64,000 bases of DNA, from assembly GCA_963826525.1 (NCBI GenBank), contig CAWGXH010000004.1, positions 544,001-608,000 of the forward strand, in the 5' to 3' direction. This document shows positions 44,315-55,005 of the stretch, one piece after another (the stretch's first letter is position 1; every line of letters starts with the position of its first letter). Under the pieces are notes generated by a model. That model saw only the letters and a list, made by a program, of their open reading frames with translations, searched no databases and had not been told where the DNA came from. The stretch comes from an uncultured Methanomicrobiaceae archaeon (GTDB lineage Archaea; Halobacteriota; Methanomicrobia; Methanomicrobiales; Methanoculleaceae). A program made the position numbers and the translations under genes.

Positions 44315-44905
44315 TCACCGCCTCTCTTCCGGCCGGAGTTCTTCGCGGATCTTCTGCAGGATGTCGTATGCCGCGTACCGGAACTCCCGTTCGACGTCCT
44401 CCCAGGTGATCCGCTCTTTCTCCTCGCGGGTAGGGTGCCGTTTCTCCCTGCAGGCCGGAACACCGGTGCGCGACGCGACGATGACCGGTCGAAGAATATG
44501 GATGTACCCAACAGTCAAAACCACGAAAAAGACGACAATCCCGAGCATCACCGCTACAGACGTTAGCGAGTGGGCGAAATCGACCCCGAAGAGATCGCCC
44601 GCAAGGAACGTGATCCGGAAGAGAAAGGCAACAAGGAAGAGACTCGCCGAGGCCGTCAGGACCGGGGAAGGGAGGTTCAGCGGGAACGGCAGCATCCGGA
44701 AGACCGCACCGATGAAGAAGAGGAACGAGAGGGTGAGGAGCAGCCAGATCGTTTCGTTCAGAAAATCTACGACGGAGTGGTATCCGGGGTCGGCGATCAC
44801 GAGCGTCAGGAGATTCATGACGGCGATCAGGGCAAAGAATGTCAGAATACCGGAATAGCGGATGAAGAGTCTCCAGTAGATTGACTGATCCGAATCTCTG
44901 GCCAT
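44315..44905 (-). CDS. Hypothetical membrane protein
   Basis: Four hydrophobic segments; WEDVEREFR tail. Confidence 0.65.
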   Translation of the reverse strand: MARDSDQSIYWRLFIRYSGILTFFALIAVMNLLTLVIADPGYHSVVDFLNETIWLLLTLSFLFFIGAVFRMLPFPLNLPSPVLTASASLFLVAFLFRITFLAGDLFGVDFAHSLTSVAVMLGIVVFFVVLTVGYIHILRPVIVASRTGVPACREKRHPTREEKERITWEDVEREFRYAAYDILQKIREELRPEERR

Positions 44906-45147
44906 GGTAGCGTACTCCGTCGGGAATGCTCCTCTTACTCCTGACAGGATATAGCAATTTCCCGGTGCCGGTGCGTGACGAGCGAAGACCCATCCCCGAC
45001 CGCAACGGTGTTTGAGGAGACCTGAAGGGCTCCTCTGAAACCGCGGATGGGGACGGCCGGATCGGATCTCTCCCGGGATCTCGCACCATGAGATCCATCG
45101 TCACAATTTTATATTCCTCATGCCATAGCCCCCGGCCGGTGAGAGGC

Positions 45148-45324
45148 ATGAAACAAGTGGTGACCTACCGTTGTAAAGATCTCGGCCTCACGTGCGACTA
45201 TGAGGAGAAGGCCGAGAGTGAGAACGAGCTGATGAAGCGCGTCGAGGGGCATATCCAGACCGTACACCAGATGGATATACAGCAACCGGAGGTGCAGGAG
45301 AAGGTGAAGAAGGCGATGAAGTAG
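45148..45324 (+). CDS. DUF1059-like small metal-binding protein
   Basis: CKDLGLTC...E.ELM...H...H pattern. Confidence 0.8.
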   Translation: MKQVVTYRCKDLGLTCDYEEKAESENELMKRVEGHIQTVHQMDIQQPEVQEKVKKAMK

Positions 45325-45460
45325 GTATCTTCACGGAAACCTACCCTTTCTTCTCGATACGGCCGGATCGCTCTCGAAATCCCGGACCGGGGTGCACCTC
45401 CATGGAGGGAGCGCTGCCTTTATCCCTCACGACGCATATGGCCACTCGGCAAGGGGGTAA

Positions 45461-45664
45461 GTGATGGCTGAGACCGAATGGGTCGTGACGCTGAGCGTCA
45501 GAATGACCGTCCGCGGCGAGCGCTCGAAGGACGAGGCGGTTAAGGCCGCAATTGAGGCTATGCAGAAGAGTGTCAGGGATGGAGGAGAACTCTCGATGCA
45601 GGCGGTCGCACGGAGGACGACGAACCTCACCAACGAGGAACCGCTCTTTGGCATCACCTGGTAG
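45461..45664 (+). CDS. Small hypothetical protein
   Basis: GGGGT RBS-like site; beta-alpha-beta-like amphipathic pattern. Confidence 0.45.
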   Translation: MMAETEWVVTLSVRMTVRGERSKDEAVKAAIEAMQKSVRDGGELSMQAVARRTTNLTNEEPLFGITW

Positions 45665-45699
45665 GGACGGCAGGCCACGGAGAAAAAGGGGGGGCTACA

Positions 45700-45876
45700 T
45701 TCCCACCAGGGGCTGGTGAAGGGGAAATCCTCCGGCTTGGGGAGAATTCCCGCTTCACCGGTGGTCATCCCTCCGTCCGGAAATGCGGCGAGGAGTTCTT
45801 CGGGTGTCCTGAGCGAGAACTTCGCACCGGCGAGGGCGCCGGTGATCCGGGCACGGGTCTCTTCTTTGACGTTCAA
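45700..45876 (-). pseudogene. MTH865-like protein remnant
   Basis: I.GALAGA.F...TPEELLAAFP.G and GEAG...EDFPF, with an apparent internal deletion, weak start and no proper end. Confidence 0.55.
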
Positions 45877-46071
45877 CTGCTTCTCCTCCTGTACGTAACA
45901 ACCTCCAGGATGCCGGGATGATCCTGCAACGCCACGAGCGGGGGGACTATATCATCACCGGAAAGGGATATACGACCCTCAAGGGCATCGACACCCTCTC
46001 CGCCACCCTGCAGCCATAGACCCCGGGACCCCCGCAACTCTTTTATTATTCCCGCGGCCTTTCTCCCACCC

Positions 46072-46710
46072 ATGAGCATATTGCCCGATACCGTTGCAAT
46101 CGATATCGTCCTCATTCCGCCAGGCCCGGTGGTGGACGAGGCCATCCGGATAAACCAGGCGCTGATCATGGGGAACTCCGACGGCGAGATCGCCCTCTCC
46201 CGGGAGGGATCGATCCCCCATATCTCCGTAGCCATGGCCGCGGTGCGGCGAGACGATCTTCCGGCGGTCACCCGGGCGATCGAACGGATTGTACAGCACT
46301 GCACCCCCATGACCCTGACGATCGACGCGATCGAGCATCGGTCGGCTTCGAACGGCGATCGGGTCTCGGCGTTTCACGTTCTGCGGCCGGAGATCATCCA
46401 GCTCTTCCACAAGACCGTGATGAACGCCGTCTCCCGGTACGCGGTCTCCGGCGCGACGCCGGAGATGTTTGCGGACGAGCGTGTAGAAGAGTCGTCGGTC
46501 GACTATCTCCGCCGGTTCCCGGAGACATCGAGTTTTTCGCGGTATTCGCCCCACATCACCCTCGGCTTCGGGGAGATCGAACCGCTTCTCCCCGGCCTCG
46601 ACTTCCCGATCCGATTTGAGGCCACACGGGCGGCGATCTGCCGCCTCGGGAACCATTGCACCTGCCGGGAGATCCTCGCCGAGTTCGCGCTGACCCGAAA
46701 CAGGGTATAA
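46072..46710 (+). CDS. 2H phosphoesterase (2'-5' RNA ligase superfamily)
   Basis: Two HxS/T motifs: PHISV and PHITL. Confidence 0.78.
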   Translation: MSILPDTVAIDIVLIPPGPVVDEAIRINQALIMGNSDGEIALSREGSIPHISVAMAAVRRDDLPAVTRAIERIVQHCTPMTLTIDAIEHRSASNGDRVSAFHVLRPEIIQLFHKTVMNAVSRYAVSGATPEMFADERVEESSVDYLRRFPETSSFSRYSPHITLGFGEIEPLLPGLDFPIRFEATRAAICRLGNHCTCREILAEFALTRNRV

Positions 46711-46717
46711 ACTGACG

Positions 46718-47032
46718 CTACCAGTCCCGCCCGGCAAGCTCCCGGCTCCGGTAGAGCAGGCGGAGTTCTTCCCACCTCCCCCCGGAGGGCGGCCGGAACC
46801 GCCGGCCGGTGGGAGCAAGATCGAGGATCTGCTCCGGGCGGAAACACTGGAGGAGCGCCCGGTCGGTGTGAGCATAGCCGGCAAGCGAGGTTACGTCGTC
46901 CCCGTCGAATGCGATCGCATCGGGCTCGACCTCCCGGGATATGATCTCACCCTCCGGTGTGCGGTAGAGGAGCTGCACGACGACGTGCTCGACCGCCGCC
47001 TTCACCCAGGTATCAGGCAGGTTCAGAGACAT
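46718..47032 (-). CDS. Small stand-alone WYL-like domain protein
   Basis: Y....G...SREVEP, LAGY, FRPEQI pattern. Confidence 0.55.
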   Translation of the reverse strand: MSLNLPDTWVKAAVEHVVVQLLYRTPEGEIISREVEPDAIAFDGDDVTSLAGYAHTDRALLQCFRPEQILDLAPTGRRFRPPSGGRWEELRLLYRSRELAGRDW

Positions 47033-47160
47033 TCTCTGGGATTTATAGTCTGGGATAAATAGATTGTGGGGGGGCAGGAAGGAGTGTGAGCAGCACACAT
47101 GTGCCCGCTCGCCCGCACGACTACCGAACAGCAGCGCTGCGGAGAGGGGCGGTCCGACCA

Positions 47161-48652
47161 TCACCGCATCCTATCCTCGTGATCACGGCCTGGTGAAACC
47201 CGAGTCCTGATTATCATCACCAGGGCGATTATCGGCACGATCTCCAGTCGTCCGGCCCACATAACGACAATGAACAGCCACTTCGCCGCCGGACTCATGG
47301 CTGGGCCGGCGTATCCCGTGCTGATGCCGACGTTGGAGATGGCAGAGACGACCTCAAAGATGACATCGCCCGAATTATAGTCTGCAGCCGGCCAGATGTG
47401 AAGGAGGAGAAGCGTCGCGGTCATCACCGCCAGTATGAACAGAATTGCGATGAGCAGGTTCTTCGAGACCTCATACTCTGCCAGGTGCTCCTGGATCGGT
47501 TTCCCGTCGTACCAGAGCGAGACCCGTCCCCGCCAGCCGATGAAAAGCCGCCGGAGCCACCACTGGAGCGTTTCGACGGCGAGAATGATCCTGGCGAGCT
47601 TGATCCCGCCGGCCGTGCTCCCGGCCGATCCGCCGATCAACATCAGGGCTGCAAGGAAGATGACCGTGACGCCCGGCCACTCAAGCGGATTCGCGTTCTG
47701 GAAACCCGTGCAGGTGATCCCGCTTACCACCATAAAGATTCCCTGCCGCAGGGCGGGCAGGAGCGGGATGCCGGAGAATGCGACCAGATCGTACGTCACG
47801 ACGGCGCAGCCGAGAAGGGTGAAGGCCGAAGAGGAGGAGCGCCTGCTGGTCGTCAAGGATGCCGAACCGCCGCCGGTGGACGAGGAGGTAGTAGAGCTTG
47901 AACGGCAGGGCGCCGGCGAGCATGATCGGGATGACGAGCATCTCGAGCAGCGGACTATCATAGTAGAGAATACCTGCCGAGTGGACTGAAAAGCCCCCGG
48001 TCGAGATCGCGGTCATGGCGATGTTCACCGCATCCCAGAGCGGGATGCCGGAGACGAGGACGAGCCCGGTGCCGAGGAGCGTGAGCACCACGTAGATCTT
48101 CCACATTTGGATCCCGGTGGCCACGACACTGGGCAGAAACGTCTCGCTCCGCCCCTCGGACCGGTAGAGCCGGAACCGCGTCAGCCCGGACCGGCTGGCC
48201 ATCGCCACCGTGAACGCGACAATCCCAAGCCCGCCCACCCACTGCATCAGCGACCGCCAGAAGAGGAGCGTGCGGGGAACGGTATCGACCGATACTATCA
48301 TCGAGAGGCCTGTCGACGTCCAGCCCGACATCGCCTCGAAGACACTGTCGGTGTAGGGCATCCCGAGCCCGAGGGCGAACGGGAGCGCCCCGATGAGGGC
48401 GGCGACGAGCCAGATCAGGGCGACCGCGGAGAGGGCGACACTGACACGCACCTCCCCCTCCACCCGCGGAACGGATGCCAGGAGAAGACCGATGACCATG
48501 AACCCGAAGGGAGCGGACGCCATCGGCAGCAGGCAGGCAGCCTCGTCGTACCAGAGACCGACCAGGAGCGGGAGGCAGGCGAAGAGGCCGATGAACAGGA
48601 AGAGCTGCCCTACGTCGGAAGCAATGATCGCTAGCTGCCGGTAGCGCATCAT
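47161..48652 (-). CDS. trkH: TrkH potassium uptake protein (frameshift near 47825)
   Basis: FEAMSGWTSTG, QWVGGLG, STGGF, GSTAGGIK, SNVG, GRLE. Confidence 0.92.
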
Positions 48653-49079
48653 CGCCGGGAACCGTCCGCCGGCGCCAGCATGAGACGGCGTATGGGCTGA
48701 TCGGTGCATACAGGGCACCTGGTGCGGAGATAGGTAAGGCAGAGTTCCGCACCGGCACTCTCGATCCGGTGGAATATCAAGGTGTTGGTCGATTCCCGGA
48801 TGCGCTCCTGGGGCCAGCGATGCCGAAGCCCTGACCTGCGCCGTCCGGAGGTCGAGTCCCCAGAACGACGCCACCCCCGCCATGGCTCTGGCGCCTCCGG
48901 CAGACGGTGTGCCGGCACCCGGATGAAGGGAGCGTTGCTCCCGATTCCATCCCTTTCGTTTCTGACGCTGCATGCCGGAAAAGGAACAGAATTTTCCTCG
49001 AAATCCTCGCTCTCCGGGTGAGAACGCCGGGTCATGGGGCTGCGTCGTACAGGGACAGGAGAATGCTTTATCGTGAATT

Positions 49080-49780
49080 GTGCGCGAACGAAGGAGGGCG
49101 GAAGAAGCACTCCGGCGCCGCACCGGCGAGCTGGACAGACTCCACCGGCAATTGGAGGCTGCGCACCGGGAGGCAAACCTCTACATGGATATTCTGGCGC
49201 ACGATATCCGGAACACCGAGAACGTCTCGAACCTGTATACAAACCTGCTCATGGGGACCGTGGACGGAGAGCGGCCGGGTCACGGAGAAACTGAAGCGCA
49301 GCATACAGAAGAGTATCGAGATCTTGGCGCCGTCTCCACCATTCGCCGGATCCATCAGGCACCATCGGGGCTCACAGGTAGACCTTGATACAGTGATCCG
49401 GGGGAGCGGACAGTTCTCCGACAGCATCGTCCGGTATGACGGTGTCGCCCACGGTACGTGCGGACGACCTCCTCCCAGAGGTCTTCGCAAACTCATCGGC
49501 AACGCCATGAAGTACAGAGGGGCCGGTCACCATCCGGATCGACGTAGGACGAAACCGTCAGGTCGCGAGCGGCCTGGGCGTCCCGGACGACGAGAAGGAT
49601 GCGATCTTCCCGGTACAGCAGAAGAAACGGGGCGTCGGCGAAGGGCTCGGGCTGTACCTCGTGCAGATCCTCGCCAAGCGCTACGGGGGAGAGATCTGGG
49701 TCGACGACCGGGTGCCTGGCCGGCCGGAGGAGGGGGCGGCGTTCCGGTTCACGCTCCGGCGGGCAGATCGTCTCTGGGCG
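49080..49780 (+). pseudogene. Degenerate sensor histidine kinase fragment
   Basis: EANLYMDILAHDIRN H-box, LIGNAMKY N-box, GEGLGL G2, YGGEIWVDDR, in different frames; no sensor region. Confidence 0.75.
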
Positions 49781-49862
49781 TCAAGGGATGCAGCGGGCAT
49801 TCCAGGGTTGCTCGACAGCATTTCCTGCAGTATTTATCGTTTCACCGCGAATCTGTGAAACA

Positions 49863-50831
49863 ATGACCAGAATGCCAGTCTCTCGAGTGCTCCCCGTAGT
49901 TGTGGCGCTCATCCTCCTCTTCACCTGCACCGCCGGGTGCACGGTCACCTTCCAGATGCCCGACCTCCCCGGTATGCCGGAGCCAACACCGCCCTCGCCG
50001 ACCGTCACTCCGACGCCGGTTCCGACCGAAATCCAGCCAGCGGCAAACGGCACTATCCGCATCGGCGCGTTCAACATTCAGGTCTTCGGCGTTACGAAGG
50101 CCGCGAAGCCCGACGTGATAGAGGTGCTCGCCCGAGTCATCAGGACCTATGATATTGTCGCCGTCCAGGAAGTCCGGGATAACTCCAGCACAGCACTGCC
50201 GATGCTTCTTGCGGCCGTGAATGCCGACGGCTCGAACTACACCTACATCGAGAGCGAGCGGCTCGGCCGGACGAGCAGCAAGGAACAGTACGCCTACTTC
50301 TACGACCGGCAGACCATCGAGCTGACGGCGGCCGGCGAGACGTACCCGGAGCCGGAAGGCACCGATCCCTTCCACCGCGACCCGTTCATCGCGCCGTTTA
50401 CGGTGCGGAACGGGTCGTTCGACGCGGTGTACATCGTCGTCCACACCGATCCCGATGAGGCAACCGGGGAGATCGACGCCCTCGATACTGTGGTGGCGTA
50501 TGCCCGGGGGGCATACCCCCTCGAGCAGGACTTCATCGTCATGGGCGACCTGAACGCCGACGGGTCGTACTTCAACGAGAGCGGCCCCTCGCCGCTCCGG
50601 GACGAAGGGTATACCTGGCTGATCACGAACGACCTCGACACCACCACGAAGAGCACCAACGCCACCTACGACCGGATCATCATCACCGGAGCGGCCGTTC
50701 CGGACTTCACCGGTGAGGCCGGGGTCTTCCGGTTCGATACCGCCTACGGGCTGAACCAGACGATGACCGAAGCGGTCTCGGATCACTACCCGGTCTACGC
50801 CATCTTCCGGACGGATCAGGATCAGGACTGA
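49863..50831 (+). CDS. DNase I-like endonuclease/exonuclease/phosphatase lipoprotein
   Basis: AFNIQVFG, QEVRD, LGRTSSKEQY, HTDP, MGDLNA, YDRI, SDHYPV; lipobox AGC. Confidence 0.88.
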   Translation: MTRMPVSRVLPVVVALILLFTCTAGCTVTFQMPDLPGMPEPTPPSPTVTPTPVPTEIQPAANGTIRIGAFNIQVFGVTKAAKPDVIEVLARVIRTYDIVAVQEVRDNSSTALPMLLAAVNADGSNYTYIESERLGRTSSKEQYAYFYDRQTIELTAAGETYPEPEGTDPFHRDPFIAPFTVRNGSFDAVYIVVHTDPDEATGEIDALDTVVAYARGAYPLEQDFIVMGDLNADGSYFNESGPSPLRDEGYTWLITNDLDTTTKSTNATYDRIIITGAAVPDFTGEAGVFRFDTAYGLNQTMTEAVSDHYPVYAIFRTDQDQD

Positions 50832-50871
50832 AAACCCAAAACCTATTTTTGTCCGGGGTCGGGAACGTTTC

Positions 50872-51311
50872 TTACGCTCCCGGCTCCAGCAGGAGGGCCC
50901 GCATGTACGGCCTCGGCCGGAGGACGCACCCGTATGTTTCCTGGACCGCGCCGCAGTCGAGCACCTCAACGGTCACGTCGCCGGTCGAGAAGCCCGGGTC
51001 ATGCTCCCGCACCGTCCGGAGGAAAAGGGGCAGCCGCATGAACGGGCGTGCCGCCTCCGGCACGATCCGAAAATCCTCGAGATCGTCCTTGAGAGTCGAT
51101 CTCCGGGCAAGGTACTCGTCGAAGTAGAGGTAGGTCTCAAACCCGTAACGTTCGTAGAGCGCTGCAAGGTCTGCAAGGCAGAGCCGCGCCCCCGGCTCAA
51201 TGCCGATCGCGAGAAATCGCTCCTTCGTTCCCTGGCCTGGAAGTCCCTCGAACGAAGGAGAGGACCCGCAGGTAATCCGATCGCTCTTGTCGTGCATGCT
51301 CATCGTACTCA
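50872..51311 (-). CDS. Hypothetical protein
   Basis: ORF with plausible composition; start uncertain. Confidence 0.5.
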
Positions 51312-51353
51312 TACACCAGAAAGAGAGAAAAACGTGAGGTTTCCCCCGATCCC

Positions 51354-54300
51354 TCATGCCCGGGTCAGGTTATTCCCCGCCTCTGCCGGCACCGGCGTAC
51401 CCGGAAGCACGACCACCGTCTCGTTTGCGGTGTCGCTCCCGGCAGGGCCGCTCACCGTCAGGGTCACGGTGTAGTTCCCGGCTTCACTGTAGGTATGGGT
51501 CACGTTCGGCGATGCCGATGCATTCCCGTCACCGAAGATCCAGAACCACTCGTCGATCACTCCCGTCGACCGATCCTGGAGCGTGACATTGAGCGGCACA
51601 GTGCCCGTCTCCGGATCGGCACTGAACGCTGCTTCCGGCATCGTGGTCTCCGGGGTCAGGTTCCCGGTCATGTTCTCCTCGGGCGGCGGCAGAACTGTAA
51701 CCGTCGCAGTATCGGTCGCGGTGCCGCCGGTCGCGTTCGTCACCGTCAGTGCCGCCGTGTAGGTGCCCGGGCCCGGATAGGTATATTGAACCGGCCCCTC
51801 ACCGGTGGCGTTCGCCCCGTCACCGAACTCCCACGACCAGGCGGTCGGGTCGCCGGCGGTCGTCGCGTTGAAGAGAACGGTCAGCGGCGCCGTGCCGTTC
51901 GTTACGTTCGCGGTGAGATTCGCGGCGAGCGGCGGGAGACCCGTTCCCGGCGTCTCGCCGGTCTCTACCGGCGAGGCAGGCAGCACACCGTCGATCGCGT
52001 ACAGGAAGATGTCCCAGTTTCCGTTCCGGTTGTCCTCCCAGACGATGTAGTTCCCGGAGATCGACGGATACATCTGATCACCGGGATCGTCGGTCACCTG
52101 CACAACCGTCCCGCGGGTCAGGTCATAGAGGAAGATGTCCCAGTTCCCGTTCCGGTTGTCCTGCCAGACGACGTAGTCCCCGGAGATATCAGGATACATC
52201 TGGTCGGCGGGATCGTCGGTGATCTGAGTCCGGTTCCCCGACTCGAGATCGCCGAGATAGATATCCCAGCTGCCATTCCGGTTATCCTGCCAGACAACGG
52301 AGAGACCGTCGATGGCAGGGAACTGCTGATCGCCAGCATCGACACAGACCGGCATCTCGTTGTTGCCGACATTCGACCAGTAGATGTCCCAGCTGCCGTT
52401 CCGGTTGTCCTGCCAGACCGTCGGGCCGTCAACCCCACCGAAGGCGATTGCAGGGTTCTCCTGGACGCTTCCCGGCATGCCGGCCGGAGAACCCGCCCCC
52501 TGTCCCGGGATCAGGTCGGCGACGTACGTCGTCCAGTTCCCGCTCCGGTTATCCTGCCAGCAGACATACTGGAAGGCGATCGAGGGATAGCGCTGGTCGC
52601 CGGGAGCCGTCGTCACCGGGTACTCCTCACCGCTGAAGGGGGAGTACCAGTAGATGTCCCAACTGCCGTTCCGGTTGTCCTCCCAGACGATCAGCCGCGA
52701 GATTCCCGAGACCGCCGGGTTCGCCTGGTCGGCGGGATCGGTCGTAATCTGTGTCACCGCCCCGTCGGTCAGGTTGTAGCGGAAGATATCGGAGTTGCCG
52801 CTCCGGTTGTCCTGCCAGACGACGAGGTCGCCCGAGATATCGGGGTTCACCTGATCGGCAGAATCGTTGGTGACCTGCAGGAAGGCGCCGGACGGCTGCT
52901 CTACGGACATGGTCGGGGTTGGCGTCGGCATCATCGTGGGCGTTTCATTCGGAGTCGGTGTGGGTGTCGGAGTAGTGGGAGTCACATTCGGTGCCATCGT
53001 CGGAGTCGATGTGGGTGTCGGTGTGGTGGGAGTCGCATTCGACGTGGGCGTCGGCGCCTCCGTCACCGCAAAGTCCAGCACCTCCTGGCGGACAATATCG
53101 CCGACGGTCGCTCCAACCTGCACCTGGTAGGCGCCAGCCTCGTTCGTGTTCGAGAACGTCCCGCTATAGGTGCCGTTGCCGGTTCCGTTCAGGAGCACCG
53201 TCTCGTTCGACCCGTCCGGCAGGGTGAAGAGCGCGTTCACGGTCGCATTCCCAATCCCGGCCGTATCGTTCCGGACCTCGGCGGTCACCGTGACCGGCTC
53301 GCCGCGTGCATACGCAAAGGCGTTGATGGAGGCCGAGAGTTCGATCGTAGCACTGACGGCAACGGTGCTCGAGTAATTGACCGTGACGTTCGCGCCGGTC
53401 GCATTAATAGCGTACATCCAGTTGCCGACAGGCGGGTTGTTCACCTGGTAGATCTGGTAGGTATCCGACGAGATGTAGGTGATATCCGGGCTTTCGGTGC
53501 CGGTCGGCGTTGCGGGATTGCGCTCGACCCGGGTCCCGTTCGGATAGTAGATGTAGTAGTTGATCGTCGTCTGCGGGCAGAGGCAGGTGAACTCGACGAC
53601 CTGCACGGACGTATCGATATTCACCGTGTTCTGGACGGTCTGGTTCACGGAGACGGTGCCGGTGCCGCTCGTGACCTGATCCTGTCCCTTGATCGTCTGT
53701 TTGATGCGGTTGTAGATATCCAGGAGTGCGCTGCTCGTAGGAGCGGAGTAGTAGCGCCCGCCCGTCTGCCTCGCGATCTCGCGCATGAGCGCTTCGTCTG
53801 CATAGTCGGTCAGTGCAACGGTGTAGACCGGCCAGCCCTGCTCGACGTAGAGGGGCACCACCGAGAGCGGATCCGTCCCGGTGTTATGCACCCCGTCGGT
53901 GAGGAGCACCGTAGCCTTGCCGTGGCCCGGGATACCCCGCTCGGCGAGCTGATCGAACGAGGCCAGGAGCCCGCCGCCGATGTTCGTCTCACCGGACGAG
54001 TCGACCAGATCGATCGCGGATTTCAGCTCCGTCCGGTTGTTCCGGACGAGCGAGAGCGGTTCAAGCACCGTCGCGGCTTGATCGAAATCGACAATAGCGA
54101 GCAGGTCGTCGTTCGCCGCGAGGTCGACGAAGAGGCGGGCGGCATCAAGCCGGAGGTTCTCCGGGTCGGTGTTCCGCATGCTTGCGGAACTGTCGATGGC
54201 AAGCGCCACATCGACGGCCCGGGTGCCGTTCGGTGCCTGCCCGCCCATCCCAGTCGTCACCGAGACGTCGGTCGTCGAGGTCACCGAGGTGTTGGTGGAT

Positions 54301-54419
54301 ACCGAGACATCGGTCGAGGACTGGCCGCCGGCAGGGATCTGTGCCGCAGCAGCAGCCGACGGGAGAAGTACCACGATACAGGCAAGAATAACAAGGCTTA
54401 TCAGCAGGATCTTTCTCAT
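51354..54419 (-). CDS. Secreted VWA + beta-propeller (WQDNRNGNWDI repeats) + two PKD surface protein
   Basis: DSSASM MIDAS, LLTDG, seven WxDNR repeats, W.FGDG PKD motifs. Confidence 0.88.
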   Translation of the reverse strand: MRKILLISLVILACIVVLLPSAAAAAQIPAGGQSSTDVSVSTNTSVTSTTDVSVTTGMGGQAPNGTRAVDVALAIDSSASMRNTDPENLRLDAARLFVDLAANDDLLAIVDFDQAATVLEPLSLVRNNRTELKSAIDLVDSSGETNIGGGLLASFDQLAERGIPGHGKATVLLTDGVHNTGTDPLSVVPLYVEQGWPVYTVALTDYADEALMREIARQTGGRYYSAPTSSALLDIYNRIKQTIKGQDQVTSGTGTVSVNQTVQNTVNIDTSVQVVEFTCLCPQTTINYYIYYPNGTRVERNPATPTGTESPDITYISSDTYQIYQVNNPPVGNWMYAINATGANVTVNYSSTVAVSATIELSASINAFAYARGEPVTVTAEVRNDTAGIGNATVNALFTLPDGSNETVLLNGTGNGTYSGTFSNTNEAGAYQVQVGATVGDIVRQEVLDFAVTEAPTPTSNATPTTPTPTSTPTMAPNVTPTTPTPTPTPNETPTMMPTPTPTMSVEQPSGAFLQVTNDSADQVNPDISGDLVVWQDNRSGNSDIFRYNLTDGAVTQITTDPADQANPAVSGISRLIVWEDNRNGSWDIYWYSPFSGEEYPVTTAPGDQRYPSIAFQYVCWQDNRSGNWTTYVADLIPGQGAGSPAGMPGSVQENPAIAFGGVDGPTVWQDNRNGSWDIYWSNVGNNEMPVCVDAGDQQFPAIDGLSVVWQDNRNGSWDIYLGDLESGNRTQITDDPADQMYPDISGDYVVWQDNRNGNWDIFLYDLTRGTVVQVTDDPGDQMYPSISGNYIVWEDNRNGNWDIFLYAIDGVLPASPVETGETPGTGLPPLAANLTANVTNGTAPLTVLFNATTAGDPTAWSWEFGDGANATGEGPVQYTYPGPGTYTAALTVTNATGGTATDTATVTVLPPPEENMTGNLTPETTMPEAAFSADPETGTVPLNVTLQDRSTGVIDEWFWIFGDGNASASPNVTHTYSEAGNYTVTLTVSGPAGSDTANETVVVLPGTPVPAEAGNNLTRA

Positions 54420-54559
54420 AGTGGTTCCTCCGGAAATACGATGCACCGGATCTCCCGGAAGCGAATAATGCCGGGTTCCGGCTGTCACGGGTTTCATATC
54501 GCTGTACCGGGATTACATTCTCCCAAATCGGAGCCCCGGCGCAGGGCGGAGATATAATC

Positions 54560-54594
54560 GGCATTAATTATATAATTTATGCCATAAATATGGC
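54560..54594. promoter_or_regulatory. Overlapping palindromes in a divergent promoter region
   Basis: GGCATTAATTATATAATTTATGCC and GCCATAAATATGGC. Confidence 0.5.
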
Positions 54595-54729
54595 GCCCGG
54601 TCGGGAACACGCCGCCGCACCGGAGAGGCGCTTCTCTGTGCCCTTGTTAGCGGGGCGAGGGGCACCCCTTTAATCTACGCTCATTTCTCCCGCATTTCGG
54701 TGCTCAAAAGGTATATCTAGCAGTTCTGC

Positions 54730-55005
54730 ATGATGACTACTATGCCTCCGCGACAGTTCGACAATGCCGAAACAGAGACGAACTACGGGTTCGTCTCGGG
54801 ATCAGGCAGTGCCCGTGCAGTCGCCCCCGGAATCCCCGACCACATCCGGCATTCCGCGCTCCCAGCCGGCGGCAGCGATCTCGCGGCGAGAGAGGCACGG
54901 CTGCCCGGAAATCTCGCCTCCGGATCGGAGAGGGCGATCGGTGATCCGGAGATCCATATCCGGGCAGAGTCGACGAAACTTGCGCAGCAGCGGTCGGAGG
55001 TCTGA
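54730..55005 (+). pseudogene. Possible decayed KhtT/TrkA-C-type regulatory subunit
   Basis: Overlaps start of the CPA2 antiporter; weak L.A.EAR..GN pattern; RCK-C domain absent. Confidence 0.3.

Noticed and set aside
52000-52830. Regularly spaced CCGTTCCGGTTGTCCTGCCAGAC-like repeats resembling a CRISPR array
   Set aside because: They encode WQDNRNG propeller blades in frame, are degenerate, and are spaced about 120-140 nt apart.
51495-54557. Long antisense ORFs (e.g. 1020 aa at 51495..54557, 401 aa at 29518..30723)
   Set aside because: Shadow ORFs caused by high GC3 codon bias on the real coding strand.
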